Below, in pieces: positions 1 through 11,972 of a DNA stretch of 33,160 nucleotides (its first letter is position 1; the number at the start of each line of letters is the position of its first letter). The position numbers were made by a program, and so were the translations under genes. The notes below the pieces were generated by a model, which saw nothing but the letters and a program-made list of their open reading frames with translations, did no database searches and had not been told where the DNA came from. Source of the DNA: Paramoeba atlantica (lineage: Eukaryota > Protista > Discosea); the NCBI GenBank assembly GCA_977017575.1, contig CDRNVI010000057.1:1-33160 (forward strand), written 5' to 3'.

Positions 1-35
1 AAAGCGGCCACACGCTTGTGAACGAAGAGAATCGG

Positions 36-40
36 AAAAA
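36..40 (-). terminator. RNA polymerase III oligo-T terminator (T5) directly 3' of the tRNA; present in all 20 units
   Basis: The minus strand reads ...TGGGCGC-G-TTTTT-CC. There is no encoded CCA, and a T-run follows the discriminator base, as in eukaryotic nuclear tRNA genes. Confidence 0.85.
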
Positions 41-121
41 CGCGCCCAGCAGGGTTCGAACCTGCGCGTGAGAACACACCTGATTTCAAGTCAGGCCCCT
101 TAACCACTTGGGTATGGACGC
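41..121 (-). tRNA. trnS: tRNA-Ser(UGA), eukaryotic nuclear type, copy 1
   Basis: Minus strand folds as GCGTCCA TA CCC AAGTGGTTAA GGG G CCTGA CT-TGA-AA TCAGG TGTGTTCTCACGC GCAGG TTCGAAC CCTGC TGGGCGC G. This gives a 7-bp acceptor stem, a long variable arm (GTG/CAC), G73, and anticodon TGA at + strand 86-88. Confidence 0.97.
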
Positions 122-232
122 TTCCGTCGTGGTGTGTCTCGAGTTTTGTGCGTTCATAGCGGTGCACTTTACCTTGCTTTTTCATGTGATAATGGAAACT
201 CCACGATTTCCCTCGCTGAACGATCCTTACAG

Positions 233-247
233 CCCCCCCCCCCCCCC
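233..247. repeat. Variable poly-C tract (poly-G on the tRNA strand), one per unit, C11-C16
   Basis: Lengths counted for units 1-20: 15,13,14,14,15,13,16,15,15,15,12,12,12,13,11,14,14,15,14,15. Confidence 0.9.
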
Positions 248-1522
248 AAGCAAGGCGACATTCACCACCGTAGGTCGCATTGATGAATGCAATGGTGGTT
301 TGAGTGTGCCCGTGCGAACGACCAAGAAGTGACACATACAATTTTGGCGATGACATAGTCGGGAAGAGAGGTTGAGCACGATGCGTTCACGTTTTGAACA
401 GAGCTACGAAATCTATCGGGAAGGGGTGGGTCTTTGCAACGGCCGGGCGAAGAAATTCGTTGTTTTATACCTGGATTGTGCAGAACGTGTTTCGGAAGGT
501 GTCACGTGGAAGGTGTTCCGCGCCATTGTGCGTCCTGTTTTCATTGTTCATGTGCTGCCCTGCCTTGCCCCAAGTAAAACATCTAGCGGAATTGTTCGAT
601 GCACGTGAAATCACGCCCTGTGCATCTAACGGAATCAGTGGGATCGAAGAAGACAAAGATCATTCTCCACGGAATGGGGTCGCACGGTGGATGCGAGTTT
701 CGTGTGAAACCGACGTTTTTCCACCACACTATTACAGTACGCGCGCGCCCTGCGATTCTGTTGCTTGGAAGAGCAGGTGAAATGTAAAAGAAGTATAGAG
801 AAATACAACCGCCCCCCCTTGAGATGCAGGAAGCTTGTGCAATCAAGCATTGGTTTGACTAAAATAATGTCCGATGACAACAAATTCTTGCGTTAGAAGA
901 GGGGAAGGCTTATAGTATCAGTGAAATCATGTGAAAATAGTGCCCAAAGCAAATATCAGAGCAAACCACGAGCGCTCAGAACACTCATCAAGTAGAAAGG
1001 GTTAAAATTTTTTAAGATTTGGTTCAGGGAAGAACGGACAAAAAGTGGACTGGCGAAACCCACGTTTTGATTCGCAATCATACTGACTAACGGAAAAACT
1101 CTATCTCTACAGAAAATATCGCTCGAAGCACGACCACTCAGGAGATGTAGCTTGCTGGTTCGGCGTTTCGCAATCGACGCACGCCATGCACGGAAGTCAT
1201 GCAAACGTCGCGTCCAGAGATATTTGAAAACCCCCCTTCACCGTGCAGGCGGAAAGAGGTAAATCTGAGGTCATTTTGAATTTTGAGATAGGATGCGCTA
1301 AAAAGCGGTACACTTTTCGGGCTTTTTCATTCGACACGCGCACGGCCATCTACTCATTCACCGTTTCTGCCGCCAAAACGTCATCTGCTACACAGGACAA
1401 AAAGACTTCATTTCAGCAAAGAAAATACCCTAAAATGTACCATTGCTTCTGCGATTCACGTTGCGTCTCTCCCGCGCGCCCAAAAGCGGCCACACGCTTG
1501 TGAACGAAGAGAATCGGAAAAA

Positions 1523-1603
1523 CGCGCCCAGCAGGGTTCGAACCTGCGCGTGAGAACACACCTGATTTCAAGTCAGGCCCCTTAACCACTTGGGTATGGA
1601 CGC
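1523..1603 (-). tRNA. trnS: tRNA-Ser(UGA) copy 2
   Basis: Identical to copy 1. Confidence 0.97.
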
Positions 1604-3002
1604 TTCCGTCGTGGTGTGTCTCGAGTTTTGTGCGTTCATAGCGGTGCACTTTACCTTGCTTTTTCATGTGATAATGGAAACTCCACGATTTCCCTCGCTG
1701 AACGATCCTTACAGCCCCCCCCCCCCCAAGCAAGGCGACATTCACCACCGTAGGTCGCATTGATGAATGCAATGGTGGTTTGAGTGTGCCCGTGCGAACG
1801 ACCAAGAAGTGACACATACAATTTTGGCGATGACATAGTCGGGAAGAGAGGTTGAGCACGATGCGTTCACGTTTTGAACAGAGCTACGAAATCTATCGGG
1901 AAGGGGTGGGTCTTTGCAACGGCCGGGCGAAGAAATTCGTTGTTTTATACCTGGATTGTGCAGAACGTGTTTCGGAAGGTGTCACGTGGAAGGTGTTCCG
2001 CGCCATTGTGCGTCCTGTTTTCATTGTTCATGTGCTGCCCTGCCTTGCCCCAAGTAAAACATCTAGCGGAATTGTTCGATGCACGTGAAATCACGCCCTG
2101 TGCATCTAACGGAATCAGTGGGATCGAAGAAGACAAAGATCATTCTCCACGGAATGGGGTCGCACGGTGGATGCGAGTTTCGTGTGAAACCGACGTTTTT
2201 CCACCACACTATTACAGTACGCGCGCGCCCTGCGATTCTGTTGCTTGGAAGAGCAGGTGAAATGTAAAAGAAGTATAGAGAAATACAACCGCCCCCCCTT
2301 GAGATGCAGGAAGCTTGTGCAATCAAGCATTGGTTTGACTAAAATAATGTCCGATGACAACAAATTCTTGCGTTAGAAGAGGGGAAGGCTTATAGTATCA
2401 GTGAAATCATGTGAAAATAGTGCCCAAAGCAAATATCAGAGCAAACCACGAGCGCTCAGAACACTCATCAAGTAGAAAGGGTTAAAATTTTTTAAGATTT
2501 GGTTCAGGGAAGAACGGACAAAAAGTGGACTGGCGAAACCCACGTTTTGATTCGCAATCATACTGACTAACGGAAAAACTCTATCTCTACAGAAAATATC
2601 GCTCGAAGCACGACCACTCAGGAGATGTAGCTTGCTGGTTCGGCGTTTCGCAATCGACGCACGCCATGCACGGAAGTCATGCAAACGTCGCGTCCAGAGA
2701 TATTTGAAAACCCCCCTTCACCGTGCAGGCGGAAAGAGGTAAATCTGAGGTCATTTTGAATTTTGAGATAGGATGCGCTAAAAAGCGGTACACTTTTCGG
2801 GCTTTTTCATTCGACACGCGCACGGCCATCTACTCATTCACCGTTTCTGCCGCCAAAACGTCATCTGCTACACAGGACAAAAAGACTTCATTTCAGCAAA
2901 GAAAATACCCTAAAATGTACCATTGCTTCTGCGATTCACGTTGCGTCTCTCCCGCGCGCCCAAAAGCGGCCACACGCTTGTGAACGAAGAGAATCGGAAA
3001 AA

Positions 3003-3083
3003 CGCGCCCAGCAGGGTTCGAACCTGCGCGTGAGAACACACCTGATTTCAAGTCAGGCCCCTTAACCACTTGGGTATGGACGC
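3003..3083 (-). tRNA. trnS: tRNA-Ser(UGA) copy 3
   Basis: Identical to copy 1. Confidence 0.97.
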
Positions 3084-4483
3084 TTCCGTCGTGGTGTGTC
3101 TCGAGTTTTGTGCGTTCATAGCGGTGCACTTTACCTTGCTTTTTCATGTGATAATGGAAACTCCACGATTTCCCTCGCTGAACGATCCTTACAGCCCCCC
3201 CCCCCCCCAAGCAAGGCGACATTCACCACCGTAGGTCGCATTGATGAATGCAATGGTGGTTTGAGTGTGCCCGTGCGAACGACCAAGAAGTGACACATAC
3301 AATTTTGGCGATGACATAGTCGGGAAGAGAGGTTGAGCACGATGCGTTCACGTTTTGAACAGAGCTACGAAATCTATCGGGAAGGGGTGGGTCTTTGCAA
3401 CGGCCGGGCGAAGAAATTCGTTGTTTTATACCTGGATTGTGCAGAACGTGTTTCGGAAGGTGTCACGTGGAAGGTGTTCCGCGCCATTGTGCGTCCTGTT
3501 TTCATTGTTCATGTGCTGCCCTGCCTTGCCCCAAGTAAAACATCTAGCGGAATTGTTCGATGCACGTGAAATCACGCCCTGTGCATCTAACGGAATCAGT
3601 GGGATCGAAGAAGACAAAGATCATTCTCCACGGAATGGGGTCGCACGGTGGATGCGAGTTTCGTGTGAAACCGACGTTTTTCCACCACACTATTACAGTA
3701 CGCGCGCGCCCTGCGATTCTGTTGCTTGGAAGAGCAGGTGAAATGTAAAAGAAGTATAGAGAAATACAACCGCCCCCCCTTGAGATGCAGGAAGCTTGTG
3801 CAATCAAGCATTGGTTTGACTAAAATAATGTCCGATGACAACAAATTCTTGCGTTAGAAGAGGGGAAGGCTTATAGTATCAGTGAAATCATGTGAAAATA
3901 GTGCCCAAAGCAAATATCAGAGCAAACCACGAGCGCTCAGAACACTCATCAAGTAGAAAGGGTTAAAATTTTTTAAGATTTGGTTCAGGGAAGAACGGAC
4001 AAAAAGTGGACTGGCGAAACCCACGTTTTGATTCGCAATCATACTGACTAACGGAAAAACTCTATCTCTACAGAAAATATCGCTCGAAGCACGACCACTC
4101 AGGAGATGTAGCTTGCTGGTTCGGCGTTTCGCAATCGACGCACGCCATGCACGGAAGTCATGCAAACGTCGCGTCCAGAGATATTTGAAAACCCCCCTTC
4201 ACCGTGCAGGCGGAAAGAGGTAAATCTGAGGTCATTTTGAATTTTGAGATAGGATGCGCTAAAAAGCGGTACACTTTTCGGGCTTTTTCATTCGACACGC
4301 GCACGGCCATCTACTCATTCACCGTTTCTGCCGCCAAAACGTCATCTGCTACACAGGACAAAAAGACTTCATTTCAGCAAAGAAAATACCCTAAAATGTA
4401 CCATTGCTTCTGCGATTCACGTTGCGTCTCTCCCGCGCGCCCAAAAGCGGCCACACGCTTGTGAACGAAGAGAATCGGAAAAA

Positions 4484-4564
4484 CGCGCCCAGCAGGGTTC
4501 GAACCTGCGCGTGAGAACACACCTGATTTCAAGTCAGGCCCCTTAACCACTTGGGTATGGACGC
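4484..4564 (-). tRNA. trnS: tRNA-Ser(UGA) copy 4
   Basis: Identical to copy 1. Confidence 0.97.
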
Positions 4565-5964
4565 TTCCGTCGTGGTGTGTCTCGAGTTTTGTGCGTTCAT
4601 AGCGGTGCACTTTACCTTGCTTTTTCATGTGATAATGGAAACTCCACGATTTCCCTCGCTGAACGATCCTTACAGCCCCCCCCCCCCCCAAGCAAGGCGA
4701 CATTCACCACCGTAGGTCGCATTGATGAATGCAATGGTGGTTTGAGTGTGCCCGTGCGAACGACCAAGAAGTGACACATACAATTTTGGCGATGACATAG
4801 TCGGGAAGAGAGGTTGAGCACGATGCGTTCACGTTTTGAACAGAGCTACGAAATCTATCGGGAAGGGGTGGGTCTTTGCAACGGCCGGGCGAAGAAATTC
4901 GTTGTTTTATACCTGGATTGTGCAGAACGTGTTTCGGAAGGTGTCACGTGGAAGGTGTTCCGCGCCATTGTGCGTCCTGTTTTCATTGTTCATGTGCTGC
5001 CCTGCCTTGCCCCAAGTAAAACATCTAGCGGAATTGTTCGATGCACGTGAAATCACGCCCTGTGCATCTAACGGAATCAGTGGGATCGAAGAAGACAAAG
5101 ATCATTCTCCACGGAATGGGGTCGCACGGTGGATGCGAGTTTCGTGTGAAACCGACGTTTTTCCACCACACTATTACAGTACGCGCGCGCCCTGCGATTC
5201 TGTTGCTTGGAAGAGCAGGTGAAATGTAAAAGAAGTATAGAGAAATACAACCGCCCCCCCTTGAGATGCAGGAAGCTTGTGCAATCAAGCATTGGTTTGA
5301 CTAAAATAATGTCCGATGACAACAAATTCTTGCGTTAGAAGAGGGGAAGGCTTATAGTATCAGTGAAATCATGTGAAAATAGTGCCCAAAGCAAATATCA
5401 GAGCAAACCACGAGCGCTCAGAACACTCATCAAGTAGAAAGGGTTAAAATTTTTTAAGATTTGGTTCAGGGAAGAACGGACAAAAAGTGGACTGGCGAAA
5501 CCCACGTTTTGATTCGCAATCATACTGACTAACGGAAAAACTCTATCTCTACAGAAAATATCGCTCGAAGCACGACCACTCAGGAGATGTAGCTTGCTGG
5601 TTCGGCGTTTCGCAATCGACGCACGCCATGCACGGAAGTCATGCAAACGTCGCGTCCAGAGATATTTGAAAACCCCCCTTCACCGTGCAGGCGGAAAGAG
5701 GTAAATCTGAGGTCATTTTGAATTTTGAGATAGGATGCGCTAAAAAGCGGTACACTTTTCGGGCTTTTTCATTCGACACGCGCACGGCCATCTACTCATT
5801 CACCGTTTCTGCCGCCAAAACGTCATCTGCTACACAGGACAAAAAGACTTCATTTCAGCAAAGAAAATACCCTAAAATGTACCATTGCTTCTGCGATTCA
5901 CGTTGCGTCTCTCCCGCGCGCCCAAAAGCGGCCACACGCTTGTGAACGAAGAGAATCGGAAAAA

Positions 5965-6045
5965 CGCGCCCAGCAGGGTTCGAACCTGCGCGTGAGAACA
6001 CACCTGATTTCAAGTCAGGCCCCTTAACCACTTGGGTATGGACGC
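5965..6045 (-). tRNA. trnS: tRNA-Ser(UGA) copy 5
   Basis: Identical to copy 1. Confidence 0.97.
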
Positions 6046-7446
6046 TTCCGTCGTGGTGTGTCTCGAGTTTTGTGCGTTCATAGCGGTGCACTTTACCTTG
6101 CTTTTTCATGTGATAATGGAAACTCCACGATTTCCCTCGCTGAACGATCCTTACAGCCCCCCCCCCCCCCCAAGCAAGGCGACATTCACCACCGTAGGTC
6201 GCATTGATGAATGCAATGGTGGTTTGAGTGTGCCCGTGCGAACGACCAAGAAGTGACACATACAATTTTGGCGATGACATAGTCGGGAAGAGAGGTTGAG
6301 CACGATGCGTTCACGTTTTGAACAGAGCTACGAAATCTATCGGGAAGGGGTGGGTCTTTGCAACGGCCGGGCGAAGAAATTCGTTGTTTTATACCTGGAT
6401 TGTGCAGAACGTGTTTCGGAAGGTGTCACGTGGAAGGTGTTCCGCGCCATTGTGCGTCCTGTTTTCATTGTTCATGTGCTGCCCTGCCTTGCCCCAAGTA
6501 AAACATCTAGCGGAATTGTTCGATGCACGTGAAATCACGCCCTGTGCATCTAACGGAATCAGTGGGATCGAAGAAGACAAAGATCATTCTCCACGGAATG
6601 GGGTCGCACGGTGGATGCGAGTTTCGTGTGAAACCGACGTTTTTCCACCACACTATTACAGTACGCGCGCGCCCTGCGATTCTGTTGCTTGGAAGAGCAG
6701 GTGAAATGTAAAAGAAGTATAGAGAAATACAACCGCCCCCCCTTGAGATGCAGGAAGCTTGTGCAATCAAGCATTGGTTTGACTAAAATAATGTCCGATG
6801 ACAACAAATTCTTGCGTTAGAAGAGGGGAAGGCTTATAGTATCAGTGAAATCATGTGAAAATAGTGCCCAAAGCAAATATCAGAGCAAACCACGAGCGCT
6901 CAGAACACTCATCAAGTAGAAAGGGTTAAAATTTTTTAAGATTTGGTTCAGGGAAGAACGGACAAAAAGTGGACTGGCGAAACCCACGTTTTGATTCGCA
7001 ATCATACTGACTAACGGAAAAACTCTATCTCTACAGAAAATATCGCTCGAAGCACGACCACTCAGGAGATGTAGCTTGCTGGTTCGGCGTTTCGCAATCG
7101 ACGCACGCCATGCACGGAAGTCATGCAAACGTCGCGTCCAGAGATATTTGAAAACCCCCCTTCACCGTGCAGGCGGAAAGAGGTAAATCTGAGGTCATTT
7201 TGAATTTTGAGATAGGATGCGCTAAAAAGCGGTACACTTTTCGGGCTTTTTCATTCGACACGCGCACGGCCATCTACTCATTCACCGTTTCTGCCGCCAA
7301 AACGTCATCTGCTACACAGGACAAAAAGACTTCATTTCAGCAAAGAAAATACCCTAAAATGTACCATTGCTTCTGCGATTCACGTTGCGTCTCTCCCGCG
7401 CGCCCAAAAGCGGCCACACGCTTGTGAACGAAGAGAATCGGAAAAA

Positions 7447-7527
7447 CGCGCCCAGCAGGGTTCGAACCTGCGCGTGAGAACACACCTGATTTCAAGTCAG
7501 GCCCCTTAACCACTTGGGTATGGACGC
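7447..7527 (-). tRNA. trnS: tRNA-Ser(UGA) copy 6
   Basis: Identical to copy 1. Confidence 0.97.
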
Positions 7528-8926
7528 TTCCGTCGTGGTGTGTCTCGAGTTTTGTGCGTTCATAGCGGTGCACTTTACCTTGCTTTTTCATGTGATAATG
7601 GAAACTCCACGATTTCCCTCGCTGAACGATCCTTACAGCCCCCCCCCCCCCAAGCAAGGCGACATTCACCACCGTAGGTCGCATTGATGAATGCAATGGT
7701 GGTTTGAGTGTGCCCGTGCGAACGACCAAGAAGTGACACATACAATTTTGGCGATGACATAGTCGGGAAGAGAGGTTGAGCACGATGCGTTCACGTTTTG
7801 AACAGAGCTACGAAATCTATCGGGAAGGGGTGGGTCTTTGCAACGGCCGGGCGAAGAAATTCGTTGTTTTATACCTGGATTGTGCAGAACGTGTTTCGGA
7901 AGGTGTCACGTGGAAGGTGTTCCGCGCCATTGTGCGTCCTGTTTTCATTGTTCATGTGCTGCCCTGCCTTGCCCCAAGTAAAACATCTAGCGGAATTGTT
8001 CGATGCACGTGAAATCACGCCCTGTGCATCTAACGGAATCAGTGGGATCGAAGAAGACAAAGATCATTCTCCACGGAATGGGGTCGCACGGTGGATGCGA
8101 GTTTCGTGTGAAACCGACGTTTTTCCACCACACTATTACAGTACGCGCGCGCCCTGCGATTCTGTTGCTTGGAAGAGCAGGTGAAATGTAAAAGAAGTAT
8201 AGAGAAATACAACCGCCCCCCCTTGAGATGCAGGAAGCTTGTGCAATCAAGCATTGGTTTGACTAAAATAATGTCCGATGACAACAAATTCTTGCGTTAG
8301 AAGAGGGGAAGGCTTATAGTATCAGTGAAATCATGTGAAAATAGTGCCCAAAGCAAATATCAGAGCAAACCACGAGCGCTCAGAACACTCATCAAGTAGA
8401 AAGGGTTAAAATTTTTTAAGATTTGGTTCAGGGAAGAACGGACAAAAAGTGGACTGGCGAAACCCACGTTTTGATTCGCAATCATACTGACTAACGGAAA
8501 AACTCTATCTCTACAGAAAATATCGCTCGAAGCACGACCACTCAGGAGATGTAGCTTGCTGGTTCGGCGTTTCGCAATCGACGCACGCCATGCACGGAAG
8601 TCATGCAAACGTCGCGTCCAGAGATATTTGAAAACCCCCCTTCACCGTGCAGGCGGAAAGAGGTAAATCTGAGGTCATTTTGAATTTTGAGATAGGATGC
8701 GCTAAAAAGCGGTACACGTTTCGGGTTTTTTCATTCGACACGCGCACGGCCATCTACTCATTCACCGTTTCTGCCGCCAAAACGTCATCTGCTACACAGG
8801 ACAAAAAGACTTCATTTCAGCAAAGAAAATACCCTAAAATGTACCATTGCTTCTGCGATTCACGTTGCGTCTCTCCCGCGCGCCCAAAAGCGGCCACACG
8901 CTTGTGAACGAAGAGAATCGGAAAAA

Positions 8927-9007
8927 CGCGCCCAGCAGGGTTCGAACCTGCGCGTGAGAACACACCTGATTTCAAGTCAGGCCCCTTAACCACTTGGGTA
9001 TGGACGC
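8927..9007 (-). tRNA. trnS: tRNA-Ser(UGA) copy 7
   Basis: Identical to copy 1. Confidence 0.97.
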
Positions 9008-10409
9008 TTCCGTCGTGGTGTGTCTCGAGTTTTGTGCGTTCATAGCGGTGCACTTTACCTTGCTTTTTCATGTGATAATGGAAACTCCACGATTTCCCTC
9101 GCTGAACGATCCTTACAGCCCCCCCCCCCCCCCCAAGCAAGGCGACATTCACCACCGTAGGTCGCATTGATGAATGCAATGGTGGTTTGAGTGTGCCCGT
9201 GCGAACGACCAAGAAGTGACACATACAATTTTGGCGATGACATAGTCGGGAAGAGAGGTTGAGCACGATGCGTTCACGTTTTGAACAGAGCTACGAAATC
9301 TATCGGGAAGGGGTGGGTCTTTGCAACGGCCGGGCGAAGAAATTCGTTGTTTTATACCTGGATTGTGCAGAACGTGTTTCGGAAGGTGTCACGTGGAAGG
9401 TGTTCCGCGCCATTGTGCGTCCTGTTTTCATTGTTCATGTGCTGCCCTGCCTTGCCCCAAGTAAAACATCTAGCGGAATTGTTCGATGCACGTGAAATCA
9501 CGCCCTGTGCATCTAACGGAATCAGTGGGATCGAAGAAGACAAAGATCATTCTCCACGGAATGGGGTCGCACGGTGGATGCGAGTTTCGTGTGAAACCGA
9601 CGTTTTTCCACCACACTATTACAGTACGCGCGCGCCCTGCGATTCTGTTGCTTGGAAGAGCAGGTGAAATGTAAAAGAAGTATAGAGAAATACAACCGCC
9701 CCCCCTTGAGATGCAGGAAGCTTGTGCAATCAAGCATTGGTTTGACTAAAATAATGTCCGATGACAACAAATTCTTGCGTTAGAAGAGGGGAAGGCTTAT
9801 AGTATCAGTGAAATCATGTGAAAATAGTGCCCAAAGCAAATATCAGAGCAAACCACGAGCGCTCAGAACACTCATCAAGTAGAAAGGGTTAAAATTTTTT
9901 AAGATTTGTTTCAGGGAAGAACGGACAAAAAGTGGACTGGCGAAACCCACGTTTTGATTCGCAATCATACTGACTAACGGAAAAACTCTATCTCTACAGA
10001 AAATATCGCTCGAAGCACGACCACTCAGGAGATGTAGCTTGCTGGTTCGGCGTTTCGCAATCGACGCACGCCATGCACGGAAGTCATGCAAACGTCGCGT
10101 CCAGAGATATTTGAAAACCCCCCTTCACCGTGCAGGCGGAAAGAGGTAAATCTGAGGTCATTTTGAATTTTGAGATAGGATGCGCTAAAAAGCGGTACAC
10201 TTTTCGGGTTTTTTCATTCGACACGCGCACGGCCATCTACTCATTCACCGTTTCTGCCGCCAAAACGTCATCTGCTACACAGGACAAAAAGACTTCATTT
10301 CAGCAAAGAAAATACCCTAAAATGTACCATTGCTTCTGCGATTCACGTTGCGTCTCTCCCGCGCGCCCAAAAGCGGCCACACGCTTGTGAACGAAGAGAA
10401 TCGGAAAAA

Positions 10410-10490
10410 CGCGCCCAGCAGGGTTCGAACCTGCGCGTGAGAACACACCTGATTTCAAGTCAGGCCCCTTAACCACTTGGGTATGGACGC
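10410..10490 (-). tRNA. trnS: tRNA-Ser(UGA) copy 8
   Basis: Identical to copy 1. Confidence 0.97.
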
Positions 10491-11891
10491 TTCCGTCGTG
10501 GTGTGTCTCGAGTTTTGTGCGTTCATAGCGGTGCACTTTACCTTGCTTTTTCATGTGATAATGGAAACTCCACGATTTCCCTCGCTGAACGATCCTTACA
10601 GCCCCCCCCCCCCCCCAAGCAAGGCGACATTCACCACCGTAGGTCGCATTGATGAATGCAATGGTGGTTTGAGTGTGCCCGTGCGAACGACCAAGAAGTG
10701 ACACATACAATTTTGGCGATGACATAGTCGGGAAGAGAGGTTGAGCACGATGCGTTCACGTTTTGAACAGAGCTACGAAATCTATCGGGAAGGGGTGGGT
10801 CTTTGCAACGGCCGGGCGAAGAAATTCGTTGTTTTATACCTGGATTGTGCAGAACGTGTTTCGGAAGGTGTCACGTGGAAGGTGTTCCGCGCCATTGTGC
10901 GTCCTGTTTTCATTGTTCATGTGCTGCCCTGCCTTGCCCCAAGTAAAACATCTAGCGGAATTGTTCGATGCACGTGAAATCACGCCCTGTGCATCTAACG
11001 GAATCAGTGGGATCGAAGAAGACAAAGATCATTCTCCACGGAATGGGGTCGCACGGTGGATGCGAGTTTCGTGTGAAACCGACGTTTTTCCACCACACTA
11101 TTACAGTACGCGCGCGCCCTGCGATTCTGTTGCTTGGAAGAGCAGGTGAAATGTAAAAGAAGTATAGAGAAATACAACCGCCCCCCCTTGAGATGCAGGA
11201 AGCTTGTGCAATCAAGCATTGGTTTGACTAAAATAATGTCCGATGACAACAAATTCTTGCGTTAGAAGAGGGGAAGGCTTATAGTATCAGTTATCAGTGA
11301 AATCATGTGAAAATAGTGCCCAAAGCAAATATCAGAGCAAACCACGAGCGCTCAGAACACTCATCAAGTAGAAAGGGTTAAAATTTTTTAAGATTTGGTT
11401 CAGGGAAGAACGGACAAAAAGTGGACTGGCGAAACCCACGTTTTGATTCGCAATCATACTGACTAACGGAAAAACTCTATCTCTACAGAAAATATCGCTC
11501 GAAGCACGACCACTCAGGAGATGTAGCTTGCTGGTTCGGCGTTTAGCAATCGACGCACGCCATGCACGGAAGTCATGCAAACGTCGCGTCCAGAGATATT
11601 TGAAAACCCCCCTTCACCGTGCAGGCGGAAAGAGGTAAATCTGAGGTCATTTTGAATTTTGAGATAGGATGCGCTAAAAAGCTTTTCGGGCTTTTTCATT
11701 CGACACGCGCACGGCCATCTACTCATTCACCGTTTCTGCCGCCAAAACGTCATCTGCTACACAGGACAAAAAGACTTCATTTCAGCAAAGAAAATACCCT
11801 AAAATGTACCATTGCTTCTGCGATTCACGTTGCGTCTCTCCCGCGCGCCCAAAAGCGGCCACACGCTTGTGAACGAAGAGAATCGGAAAAA

Positions 11892-11972
11892 CGCGCCCAG
11901 CAGGGTTCGAACCTGCGCGTGAGAACACACCTGATTTCAAGTCAGGCCCCTTAACCACTTGGGTATGGACGC
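11892..11972 (-). tRNA. trnS: tRNA-Ser(UGA) copy 9
   Basis: Identical to copy 1. Confidence 0.97.

Noticed and set aside
86-88. Selenocysteine or opal-suppressor tRNA (tca visible on the + strand)
   Set aside because: The gene is on the minus strand, so the anticodon is UGA (Ser). The cloverleaf is the canonical 7/5 form, not the 9/4 tRNA-Sec form.
41-247. tRNA-derived SINE
   Set aside because: The tRNA is complete and immediately terminated by T5, with no 3' body, A-tail or target-site duplication, and the copies are tandem rather than dispersed.
267-348. Spliced-leader-like pieces (ACCGTAG and ATTTTGGC; also ACTAACG near 1086)
   Set aside because: These are 7-8 nt matches, are not contiguous, and have no splice donor in the right place.
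768-782. 7SL/SRP helix-8-like GAGCAGGTGAAA
   Set aside because: The matching 5' CAGG strand and GNRA tetraloop are absent, and there is no Alu-domain fold.
857-888. U6-like fragments (ACTAAAAT...GATGACA.CAAATTC)
   Set aside because: The invariant ACAGAGA box and AGC triad are missing, and the spacing is collapsed.
1340-1348. 5S rRNA-like start (ACGGCCAT)
   Set aside because: Only 8 nt match. The downstream 5S motifs (CCGATCTCG, GAAGCTAAG, TTAGTAC) are absent.
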